Source of the DNA: Candidatus Gorgyraea atricola
GTDB lineage: Bacteria; Omnitrophota; Gorgyraeia; Gorgyraeales; Gorgyraeaceae
NCBI GenBank assembly: GCA_030765235.1
Contig: JAVCCW010000010.1
Coordinates: forward strand, 30,907-94,906
Reading direction: 5' to 3'
DNA: 64,000 nucleotides
The notes under the pieces are model-generated. The model was given only the letters and a program-made list of their open reading frames with translations. It did not search any database and was not told the origin of the DNA. This document shows positions 30,138 to 38,264 of this stretch, piece after piece. The first letter of the stretch is position 1. The number at the start of each line of letters is the position of its first letter. Made by a program: the position numbers and the translations under genes.

Positions 30138-31180
30138 TCTTTCACCTTTTTGCTTATAACATCGACTATATCTTTATAATCAGGGTAAAATTCTTTTTCC
30201 AGCGCAGAAGAGGCAGGTGTATGCGATTCAGGCAAACCAATTCTTGCTGCAGGAGACTTTAGATATTTGAATGCCTTTTCAGAGACCCTTGAAACTATCT
30301 CTGCTGCCACCCCGCAATTACTCCAACCTGTATCTGCCACAACTAATCTGCCTGTCTTTTTAACGGATTCTAAGATCAGATCTTCGTCTAATGGTGTTAA
30401 TGTGCGCAGGTCTATCACCTCGACGCTCACCCCATGTTTTTGTAAAACCTCTTGTGCCTTCAGAGATTCAAACATCATATAAGAAATACCCACAAGAGTC
30501 ACATCTCTGCCGATTCTCCGAACAACACCTTTGCCGAACGGTACAGTATACATATCTTCAGGGACATACCCTACGTGTTCATATAACCATCTATGTTCTA
30601 TGAAAATAACAGGGGTATTTTCCTTTACGCTCGAAATCAAAAGGCCTTTAACATCATAAGGAGTGGCTGGCATTGCGACCCTCAAGCCAGGCACATGCAT
30701 AAAAAGCGCCTGCAGGCTTTGTGAATGCTGGCTGGCAGAACCCCAGCCCCTGCCTATTATCGACCTTATGGTCAAAGGGATTTTGACTGTCCCGCCAAAC
30801 ATATAGCTCCATTTTGCAGCATGATTAATTATTTGATCCATTGACATGGGTAAAAAATCCATTCGCATATGAATAAAAACTGGCCTCATGCCAGTAATTG
30901 CAGCGCCTATGGCAATGCCTGTGGTGGCATTTTCTGCAATAGGTATATCAATAATTCTGGATCGTCCAAACCTTTTATGTAGATCTTTGGTAGTGCCAAA
31001 TACCCCACCTGCATCATCTATGCCTTCGCCGATTAAAAAGACTCTGCTATCTTCCTCTAATATCTGAGTAAAGGCCTCTTTTATGGCCTCTCTATAAGTA
31101 AGGCCTCTTAAAGGCTTGCCACTCTCCTTGCGAGCATTTTCAAATTCTGTCCTGTCAGGATAAACCTTTGTCCACGGCAT
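30134..31180 (-). CDS. TPP-dependent 2-oxoacid dehydrogenase E1 component beta subunit (transketolase-like Pyr + C-terminal domains)
   Basis: 348 aa; E1-beta layout (GEGIDDAGGVFGTT ... transketolase C-terminal domain); 4-nt overlap with GT2 gene and adjacent to E1 alpha. Confidence 0.8.
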   Translation of the reverse strand: MPWTKVYPDRTEFENARKESGKPLRGLTYREAIKEAFTQILEEDSRVFLIGEGIDDAGGVFGTTKDLHKRFGRSRIIDIPIAENATTGIAIGAAITGMRPVFIHMRMDFLPMSMDQIINHAAKWSYMFGGTVKIPLTIRSIIGRGWGSASQHSQSLQALFMHVPGLRVAMPATPYDVKGLLISSVKENTPVIFIEHRWLYEHVGYVPEDMYTVPFGKGVVRRIGRDVTLVGISYMMFESLKAQEVLQKHGVSVEVIDLRTLTPLDEDLILESVKKTGRLVVADTGWSNCGVAAEIVSRVSEKAFKYLKSPAARIGLPESHTPASSALEKEFYPDYKDIVDVISKKVKE

Positions 31181-31182
31181 AG

Positions 31183-32157
31183 TTAATACACGTCCTCTAA
31201 CAATCCTTCTTTTTTCGGAAACGATGAAGACTTGGCAAAGGATACTGCTTTTTCGATTTCTCTTCCCAAGCTTTCCTTTATATCCCCTATATCCCGTATT
31301 GATAAAATTCCTTCTTTCAAAATAGATTTTCTAAACCTCTCTATCGGGCATTTTTTAAGCCACCTATCCAGTTCCCCTCTTGGCCTGCACCCTGTTTCAA
31401 AATCACAATCCGGCCCCACATGGCCTTTCCATCTATAGGTCCTGCATTCAAGTAAGCTCGGGCCTTTGTTGTTTTTCGCCCTTTCCACAGCAACCCTGGC
31501 CGCTTCAAAAACCTCTCCTACATCATTTCCATCTATCTTTATGCCTGGGATTCCATAAGGTAGTCCTTTTTTATATATATTATCCAGGGCCTGCCTCGCA
31601 GATGCTGGCGAATTAGTCGCATAAAAATTATTTTCGCAGACAAAGACAACAGGCAGTTTTTTTAAGGCTGCGAAATTCAAGCTTTCGTTAAATGTGCCTT
31701 CATCTGTTGCGCCATCACCAAAAAATACCACGCTGATTCTTTTCTGCTCCTGCATTACTGAACCCATGGCCGCGCCAACTGCAATAGGTATGCCTCCGCC
31801 CACTATTGCAGAGCTGCCCATAAACCCATTCTTAGTGTCCGCTAAGTGCATAGAGCCGCCCTTACCTTTTGAACAACCTGTAACCCTTCCGTACAGCTCA
31901 GCCATAAACTCATTTAAATCCCCACCATTAGCAATATAATGACCATGACCTCTGTGGTTACTAAACACATAATCTGTTTTTTTGAGGTTTGCGCACACGC
32001 CAGCAGCTATTGCCTCCTGTCCTATGCATAGATGCACAGGACACTTTATCTCCTGATCAGGATAGAGCTCGATTATCTTTTCTTCAACCATCCTGATCTT
32101 CAGCATGGTTTCAAAAAGCCAGATAAATGTCTTTCTGTCAATCCCTTGCATTTTCAT
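31183..32157 (-). CDS. TPP-dependent 2-oxoacid dehydrogenase E1 component alpha subunit
   Basis: 324 aa; TPP-binding GDGATDEGTFNESLNFAA motif of E1-alpha; paired with beta subunit. Confidence 0.8.
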   Translation of the reverse strand: MKMQGIDRKTFIWLFETMLKIRMVEEKIIELYPDQEIKCPVHLCIGQEAIAAGVCANLKKTDYVFSNHRGHGHYIANGGDLNEFMAELYGRVTGCSKGKGGSMHLADTKNGFMGSSAIVGGGIPIAVGAAMGSVMQEQKRISVVFFGDGATDEGTFNESLNFAALKKLPVVFVCENNFYATNSPASARQALDNIYKKGLPYGIPGIKIDGNDVGEVFEAARVAVERAKNNKGPSLLECRTYRWKGHVGPDCDFETGCRPRGELDRWLKKCPIERFRKSILKEGILSIRDIGDIKESLGREIEKAVSFAKSSSFPKKEGLLEDVY

Positions 32158-33218
32158 ATAAAATTGACATGTGCCAGGGGCCTTTTAAGCTCCCATAAGT
32201 ACCTATTTACGTCATCGAGCCTACAAATCTCGCGGCAATTTCGCGAATCGAGTCTCGTTGCAGCCATATTCAAAATCTTTCTACGCGCCTCACCTTTAAT
32301 GATGTCAGAAAATTCACCCTTATATATATTCCCATACACAAATCTCTTTTCACCTAAATACGCGCTGCAAGCAGAGACATTACCCTCTGCGTCTATATAT
32401 GCCCAGAAAGGTAGCCCCGGGCAATGTTTATAGACCCTGTTCTTTTTTAGTTTTTCCATTGTCTGGGATCTGAATATTATCTTGAATTCCTCTGTCGATA
32501 TCCTTTTAAGCCTATCCTCCAGATATAAAAATTTAGCATAGTCAAAATCCTTGTCTATATTACTACGGCTCATTGGATGTTTTGAAAATGGCTTTATTAT
32601 TAGATAATCCACGCCTGTCTTTTTAATGAGTTTGGCTAACTTAATGACCTCTCCCTTGTTTTCTGGAATCAATAGCATCTGGACGCCTATCGTGCAATCT
32701 AATCTAAATTTACGTTTGTATCTTACAGCCCTATCCAAATTAGAGAGGACTTTTTCAAAATCTCCCTTTAAGCATCTATGAATCTTTTTGTAGGTAACTG
32801 CGGTAGATGCATTAAAACTTACTCGTATCCACGAGAGACTCTTAAGGCACTTTTTTATTATTTCATCATTAAGAAATACCCCATTTGTAGTAACAGCTGC
32901 ATCAATCCCTGAGCTTTTTGTAAAATTTATTATACGGGCTATATCCCCATGAAGAAGGGGCTCGCCCTCACCTGCGTACATTATGCTTTTTACTCCACAT
33001 TTAGCCGCGCTTTTTACAGCCCCTAGTAAAATCTTTGTATCCAGGAATTTCGGTTTATATCCCATATAATCTAATCCGCAGAATATGCATCGATGATTGC
33101 AGGCGCCAGAAGGCGCGATCTCCATGTAAATAGGCGCTATCAACTCGCCCTTCTGCCATCGATTTACCCTATCAACATGATATATTAATTTATGATTATC
33201 TATTCTCAGTTCATCCAT
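32154..33218 (-). CDS. Radical SAM protein, paralog B
   Basis: 354 aa; CNHRCIFC; N-terminal HKLIYHVDRVNRWQKGELIAPI and C-terminal ...AHVNFI shared with paralog A. Confidence 0.75.
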   Translation of the reverse strand: MDELRIDNHKLIYHVDRVNRWQKGELIAPIYMEIAPSGACNHRCIFCGLDYMGYKPKFLDTKILLGAVKSAAKCGVKSIMYAGEGEPLLHGDIARIINFTKSSGIDAAVTTNGVFLNDEIIKKCLKSLSWIRVSFNASTAVTYKKIHRCLKGDFEKVLSNLDRAVRYKRKFRLDCTIGVQMLLIPENKGEVIKLAKLIKKTGVDYLIIKPFSKHPMSRSNIDKDFDYAKFLYLEDRLKRISTEEFKIIFRSQTMEKLKKNRVYKHCPGLPFWAYIDAEGNVSACSAYLGEKRFVYGNIYKGEFSDIIKGEARRKILNMAATRLDSRNCREICRLDDVNRYLWELKRPLAHVNFI

Positions 33219-33231
33219 AACAATCTCTTCT

Positions 33232-34161
33232 CTATTTTAATAATTTTGCAATGTTTTTATATATGGACTCTGGTTTTATATTGTGCATACAGCTTTTACT
33301 GTATTTACAAACAGTGTTAAAACACGGCATGCATTCTAAGCTCTTATCCGGTTTTATTACCATACCTCCATTGCAAAGAAACACCTCTTTCTCTGAGGTT
33401 GGGCCAAACATTGCAATGATGCCTTTCTTCAGCGCTATTGCAAGATGCAATCCCAGCGAATCGTTTGTAATAATAAGCCTGCAGCTATTAAGCCAGTCAA
33501 TGTAACCATTTATATCACTAAGCGACTGCTGGTATGAAATTGAATATCTTCCATCTATTAATTTCTCTAATCTTCTCCAGTTTTTTTTGGGCCATGTCTT
33601 GTTTGGCCATCGCATCCCAACCTTGGTATTAAACCCTATATCAAATCTCTGCTGAGTCTTTGGTTTATAGCCCAGTATATAGCCTTGTTCTGACCATCTT
33701 GCCCCTACCATTTCATAAAGCATCTGGGTCCAGTTTTTTTTCATCTTCCGCCGCAGCACAGGATCTTCGGAATTTGCCACTGCTTCATATGAATGCTCGT
33801 ACGCCTCTGCTGTTCCTTTTTTTACATCAAATCTGAAACCATATCTCTTCCACGCGTTTATAGAATCCGTAAGCGCGCATACACCCGGAATCTTTTCCAG
33901 ATTTATAATCATGTCGAACTCTTGGGACTTAAGCTGCAGGGAAGTGGTTAAGTCATACACCAGCAGCTTATTTATATAAGGATTGCCTGTCAAAAGGGGG
34001 CTCGCCTCTTTAGTGGTAAGCCATGTTACATCATCCTTCTTGAACAGATGCAATATTGCCGTGGTCCTAAAGACATCGCCAAGGCTGACATTTTCAGTAG
34101 AGACCTTTTTATCAATAGTCTCTGTAAACCCCATCTTAACGATAAGTATCTTTCTTTTCAT
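33232..34161 (-). CDS. GT9-family glycosyltransferase (heptosyltransferase-like); start refined to MKRKILIV
   Basis: ORF track start at 34176 lies inside the palindromic repeat; internal ATG at 34161 gives MKRKILIVKMGF...; GT9 features (LGDVFRTTAIL..., C-terminal GPTS/ FGPTSEKE). Confidence 0.6.
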   Translation of the reverse strand: MKRKILIVKMGFTETIDKKVSTENVSLGDVFRTTAILHLFKKDDVTWLTTKEASPLLTGNPYINKLLVYDLTTSLQLKSQEFDMIINLEKIPGVCALTDSINAWKRYGFRFDVKKGTAEAYEHSYEAVANSEDPVLRRKMKKNWTQMLYEMVGARWSEQGYILGYKPKTQQRFDIGFNTKVGMRWPNKTWPKKNWRRLEKLIDGRYSISYQQSLSDINGYIDWLNSCRLIITNDSLGLHLAIALKKGIIAMFGPTSEKEVFLCNGGMVIKPDKSLECMPCFNTVCKYSKSCMHNIKPESIYKNIAKLLK

Positions 34162-34171
34162 AGGAGTTAGA

Positions 34172-34226
34172 CCCATCCGACCGCGTAGGTCAGATTTAAA
34201 TCTGACCTACGCGGTCGGATGGGTAG
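34172..34226. repeat. 55-bp perfect palindromic (REP/MITE-like) element, copy 1, intergenic
   Basis: cccatccgaccgcgtaggtcagatttaaatctgacctacgcggtcggatggg; homologous (about 85%) to palindrome at 46129-46184. Confidence 0.7.
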
Positions 34227-34228
34227 TC

Positions 34229-35968
34229 TTACAGTCTCTTTAGAAGCACGAGGCTGAATTCATTGCTGGTAAAGGGCCAGGGTCCGAATTGTTTCTCAAT
34301 CACATAATGGTCTGCTAGATAGCGCATGATGTCCTGCGCATAATCCATGCCGAACCGCGCAGCCCCATATTCTGATGTCAGGCGCCTCAAGATAACAACA
34401 TATTTTACATCTTTATCCTCGAGTTCCTTGGATAGATTTTTTTCGCAGTCTGGCGTCAATGAAATCAAAAGTGGCAAAAACGCATACTGGTGCAGCGGGC
34501 TATCCCTTTCAGAGAGAAAATTTATGGTCAGGCCCTCTGGAAATACTGCAAGCTTATCAGACGGGTCAGTGTTTTTACGCAAATACTCCACTAATTGTTT
34601 GCACCTATAATAACCAGGATGCACCAGCATTGCGCCCCTTGGAGAAGATATCTTCATTGTGCGATTTTTATACCTATAAAGCGAGACAGGTACATGGGCC
34701 ATGATAAAAGATATTGATAGAACTGTAAAAGCAAATCTATAAAAAGCACGCGTGTCTTTCCTCTGCGATATACGTGGAACTATCCTCAGGAAAAAGATGT
34801 AATAACATAGCATGCCAGGGGCAAGCAGATAAAAACCACTATGTTCTGCCCTGACATTGAAAAACATGCGCGCCAATAAAAGAAGTGAAAAAATAGAAAA
34901 AACCGCCAAAAACAGGTCTTGCCTGTCTTTCTTTGCGAAATATCTTCGACAACTGACAATAAACACTAATATGCAGACAATAGGTACGCATCGATATTGC
35001 GCATTATAATGAAAGAATTCTTTTTGAAACAAAACAGTAGTAGCTGCGACAACTAATGTCACTCCAATGCCAATGAGGACCTTCTTTGTTGTTGAGATTT
35101 TTTTTACCAGAGAAATCAACCGGCCTGAGGCAAAGAATACAGCGCTCATAGCTACATAATACAAGCTTGTTTTTAGTATGGCTGCGATGTTTCTCCAAAA
35201 ATCAATAGTGCCAAGGGTCTGTCCAGTAAAAGGCCCTTTTATATCTAAGTTTATTAAAAGGGCTTCTTTGCTTGCTACAGTACTGCCTGTAATAATGCCA
35301 AAGAAACCGTAGACGATAGCTGCGGCAAGGGCTGGAAAAAGGCAATAGGCCGCTACCCTTTTAAGCCTATCCTGTTTCTGGCTATCAAGGATTATGCCAA
35401 TAAATATTGAGACCATAAGCACGATGCCTATCTCTACTCGAGTAATCAGCAAAAGCGCTATGAATAAACTGGAGAAGTATGTGCGGCTGCGATAGTAGAA
35501 AAATAAGGCTAAAAACGCTAACGTGATAGCGTGGATCGAGGCATAGCTATAGGGGATGATGTAATTGAAGATGCCTGCCTCATAGTGCTGGCTGAACGCG
35601 AATACAAAAAGAAATGTAAGCACGCATAGCGTTGAAAAAAGCGCGTTTAAAAATATGCGGGATGTCTTGTATAGGAGCACGCACATGAGAGTAGCTGTAA
35701 GTGCACCGCTTATTATAAAAGCGCGCATATGAACGCCAAAGATCATGCACAGAAGACTATTAAAGTATGGTGAAAAAGGCCCGAATTCATAAAATATATC
35801 CCTGTACGGCAATTTGCCAGAAAGGATACTTAAAGGCAAATAAAGCTCCCTACCTGTATCTATCAACAAACTCCCCCACCTGAGCCAGGATACACTAAAT
35901 AAATAAAAACCAGCTCCCATTATAATAAGAGCTGGTATCCATCCTCTCTTCCACAACCGCTTAACCAT
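34229..35968 (-). CDS. Polytopic membrane protein with C-terminal soluble domain (GT-C-like glycosyltransferase candidate); start refined to MVKRLWKRGW
   Basis: ORF track N-terminus (36187) reads through the MITE copy; internal ATG at 35968 begins the first TM helix; about 13 TM helices then about 170 aa soluble tail. Confidence 0.45.
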   Translation of the reverse strand: MVKRLWKRGWIPALIIMGAGFYLFSVSWLRWGSLLIDTGRELYLPLSILSGKLPYRDIFYEFGPFSPYFNSLLCMIFGVHMRAFIISGALTATLMCVLLYKTSRIFLNALFSTLCVLTFLFVFAFSQHYEAGIFNYIIPYSYASIHAITLAFLALFFYYRSRTYFSSLFIALLLITRVEIGIVLMVSIFIGIILDSQKQDRLKRVAAYCLFPALAAAIVYGFFGIITGSTVASKEALLINLDIKGPFTGQTLGTIDFWRNIAAILKTSLYYVAMSAVFFASGRLISLVKKISTTKKVLIGIGVTLVVAATTVLFQKEFFHYNAQYRCVPIVCILVFIVSCRRYFAKKDRQDLFLAVFSIFSLLLLARMFFNVRAEHSGFYLLAPGMLCYYIFFLRIVPRISQRKDTRAFYRFAFTVLSISFIMAHVPVSLYRYKNRTMKISSPRGAMLVHPGYYRCKQLVEYLRKNTDPSDKLAVFPEGLTINFLSERDSPLHQYAFLPLLISLTPDCEKNLSKELEDKDVKYVVILRRLTSEYGAARFGMDYAQDIMRYLADHYVIEKQFGPWPFTSNEFSLVLLKRL

Positions 35969-36044
35969 ATCGCCTATTCTACTATATAACCAATATAGGT
36001 GCAAATATATTATTACATTATTTAAATAATCGCGTTGCTTTTTT

Positions 36045-36312
36045 AAGCTAAATGGAAGGCCTGTTCGCTCAGGTGAAAATTTCCCTCCTCGCTTCGCCCC
36101 GCCCTTTCTACGAAAGGCCGGGGCTTCGCTCGGAAACAGGTCGTCTTTTATTCCGCATTTTGGCGGGACTGAAAAAACTTCACCCACACCATAGGTGTGG
36201 GTGTCGAACAGTTTTCAGCCTTTTGGGCTCATATAATGTGCCAAAGAAACCGCCAAAATGCTACATAAAAGACTAAATTTTCAAATTCGCGCCCAGACCT
36301 TCCATTTAGCTT
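36045..36312 (+). mobile_element. MITE-like element, about 268 bp, family copy 1 (TIR aagctaaatggaaggcctg...; internal hairpins)
   Basis: 23-bp imperfect terminal inverted repeats; shares more than 85% identity with 48841-49096 and, in reverse complement, 50026-50293; contains perfect hairpin cacccacaccataggtgtgggtg; no credible ORF. Confidence 0.6.
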
Positions 36313-36369
36313 AAAAAAGAAAGTTAACTTTACATTTAAAGCAAGACCTTAAAGTGTAAACTTAAGTAT

Positions 36370-37752
36370 TTATATGTCATTGTTATGGAGTGCTGTAATC
36401 TTTTCAACTAGCCCTTGTTCTGGCTTTAGAATCTTAATCCCGTCCTCTGCCGCAGAACCTGTCTGGTCATTAGAAGCTATATTTTGTGAAACTGGAAAAC
36501 TAATTACAACATCTGCCCCTTCCTGATTATTACCCTTGATATCCATGAACACGCCATAGTCTCCAAGTTTATAAATAATTGTAGCTCCTATACCACTACC
36601 TCGTTGCTCTTTTTCAGAATATACACCATTATCACTGAATATAACTTCTACGGCTTTTTCATCCTTTTGTTGTGTGATTTCATTTGTCTTTATGATTATA
36701 ACTCCTTTTTTTATTGATTTTTGTAATAGTCGCTCGATTATAGCTTGTCTTGCATCGTTGATTAAATTTGCCCATACTTGATACATAAAAAGAGAATTTG
36801 TATAGACATGTGGTATATTTTCATCTAGTTCCAACTTTATCTGTGCATACGTATCATTCTTGTATAATTCTACTAATTTCATCAGACTTTCATTGATATC
36901 TACTAGAGTAGTCTCTTTACTTTCTCTTATATATTTTCCTATCTCCTGGAAGATTATAAAATTAATTAATGGGGTATTTATTCTTTCAACATTTTCTCTA
37001 AAAGAGGTAATTTTTTGATTATTCTTGTATTTGTCAAGAAAGGTTTCTGCTTGAGACATAGTATCTAATAGCTCACTATAAAAAGCTATAAAATTATCTA
37101 TTAGAGCTACGATAACTTTAGGATTTAACGATTTTAACTTTTCTAATTTCCTAAAAAGCATATTCCAGTGACTATATGGTTCCTCGTAAGAATCTAATGC
37201 CTTTGACAGCTGGCTAGCTCTTCGAATGTCAACATCCTCTTTCTTCTCAACCAATTCTACTTCTAAAAATTTTCTAATTTCATACGTGTAATTCGTTATC
37301 TGTCCTAAAGTATGCGCGAAATAATAATTCAGAGTTGCTCTTATGGTAGGAAAGGCATCGCTTTTAACTTCGGAATAATCTAAAGAATCCAGCTCAGCAG
37401 AAGCCAAGTTATACAGCATGCCCACTTCTTGCAGCAACTCTCCTGGGCCTGCATCCTCTCTAATAAAATCTGAACTAAGATTAAAATGCTTCAAGACTTT
37501 TGTTGTTAAATACTTTCTAAGTTCTTTATAGTCAATTTGAAGCCACTCTTCCTCCTGATAGGTTTTAAGCTTAGCTATTATCTCTTTTGCCTCTTTTTTT
37601 ATTTTATCTCGGGCAATCTTATTTGCGACTTTGACTTCGTTATCTTTATCGTTTCTTATAGGAACTCTCAGGCAATACGCCTCCTGACACGCCCCTACCC
37701 CTATTAGTATCAATATTAAAGCTATAATGCATTGTTTTCCAATCTTCATCAT
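36370..37752 (-). CDS. Signal-peptide/anchor protein with C-terminal histidine-kinase-like ATPase (HATPase_c) domain; no obvious DHp H-box
   Basis: 460 aa; N-terminal hydrophobic segment then CLRVP motif; C-terminal N-box (ANLINDARQA), G1 (DNGVY) and G2 (GSGIGATI) boxes. Confidence 0.5.
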   Translation of the reverse strand: MMKIGKQCIIALILILIGVGACQEAYCLRVPIRNDKDNEVKVANKIARDKIKKEAKEIIAKLKTYQEEEWLQIDYKELRKYLTTKVLKHFNLSSDFIREDAGPGELLQEVGMLYNLASAELDSLDYSEVKSDAFPTIRATLNYYFAHTLGQITNYTYEIRKFLEVELVEKKEDVDIRRASQLSKALDSYEEPYSHWNMLFRKLEKLKSLNPKVIVALIDNFIAFYSELLDTMSQAETFLDKYKNNQKITSFRENVERINTPLINFIIFQEIGKYIRESKETTLVDINESLMKLVELYKNDTYAQIKLELDENIPHVYTNSLFMYQVWANLINDARQAIIERLLQKSIKKGVIIIKTNEITQQKDEKAVEVIFSDNGVYSEKEQRGSGIGATIIYKLGDYGVFMDIKGNNQEGADVVISFPVSQNIASNDQTGSAAEDGIKILKPEQGLVEKITALHNNDI

Positions 37753-37914
37753 AATCCACCCAAAAAAATCTGCTTCACTGTGCTGCTTTTATGCACAGAT
37801 TTGCAGGAATTTTATATTAATTAGATTATTATAGCATATAAATAGCACCCATGCAAGGCTTTTATGGGATAGTGTATAATATTTGAAGAGTTGCGTTACG
37901 GTTTATTGGGTCTT

Positions 37915-38094
37915 ATGCACCGCCCAGACCACTGGCTCTCGGGGCATACGCCGTGCCGAGCGGGCACGGTGCTAAAGTAGACAAAACAGTCACTGACTGT
38001 TTTGTCTACTTTAGCGAGCGAGGCACGGGGCTGAGCAAAATTCTCACGCTGGGAGAATTTTGCGTCCCCGAGAGCCAGTGGTCTGGGTGGTGCA
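37915..38094. repeat. GC-rich element bounded by 29-bp near-perfect inverted repeats, with three nested internal hairpins (MITE-like or structured RNA)
   Basis: tgcaccgcccagaccactggctctcgggg ... ccccgagagccagtggtctgggtggtgca; internal perfect 21-bp hairpin ctaaagtagacaaaacagtca/tgactgttttgtctactttag; local GC far above window average. Confidence 0.4.
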
Positions 38095-38126
38095 AAGCTG
38101 TCACGTAACATTGAAAATATTACATT

Positions 38127-38226
38127 TATGGGATAAGTGGGGCGCGGGGTGTTCTGTGAGTGGGAGGATCCACACCGGGCGGAGGGGCCCACAAATAGAA
38201 TACCCCGCGCCCCACGATACGGGATT
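38127..38226. repeat. Second GC-rich inverted-repeat element (14-bp arms gtggggcgcggggt / accccgcgccccac) immediately upstream of GT2 gene
   Basis: Perfect 14-bp inverted repeat flanking a 60-nt GC-rich interior with further small hairpins. Confidence 0.3.
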
Positions 38227-38264
38227 AAGTTGCAAAATGGGTGAAAGTAGGATATACTCGATGC

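Noticed and set aside
36052-36276. 74-aa plus-strand ORF and the N-terminal 73 residues of ORF 34229-36187 (36045-36187)
   Set aside because: Both are translations of the MITE-like repeat (the same artefactual ORFs recur at 48752-48943 inside copy 2). The membrane protein has a clean TM1 start at ATG 35968.
37915-38094. 6S RNA or SRP RNA identity for the GC-rich nested hairpin element
   Set aside because: A 29-bp perfect closing stem with no bulges and multiple side hairpins does not fit the rod-with-central-bubble shape of 6S or the domain IV motif of SRP RNA. More consistent with a DNA-level inverted-repeat element.
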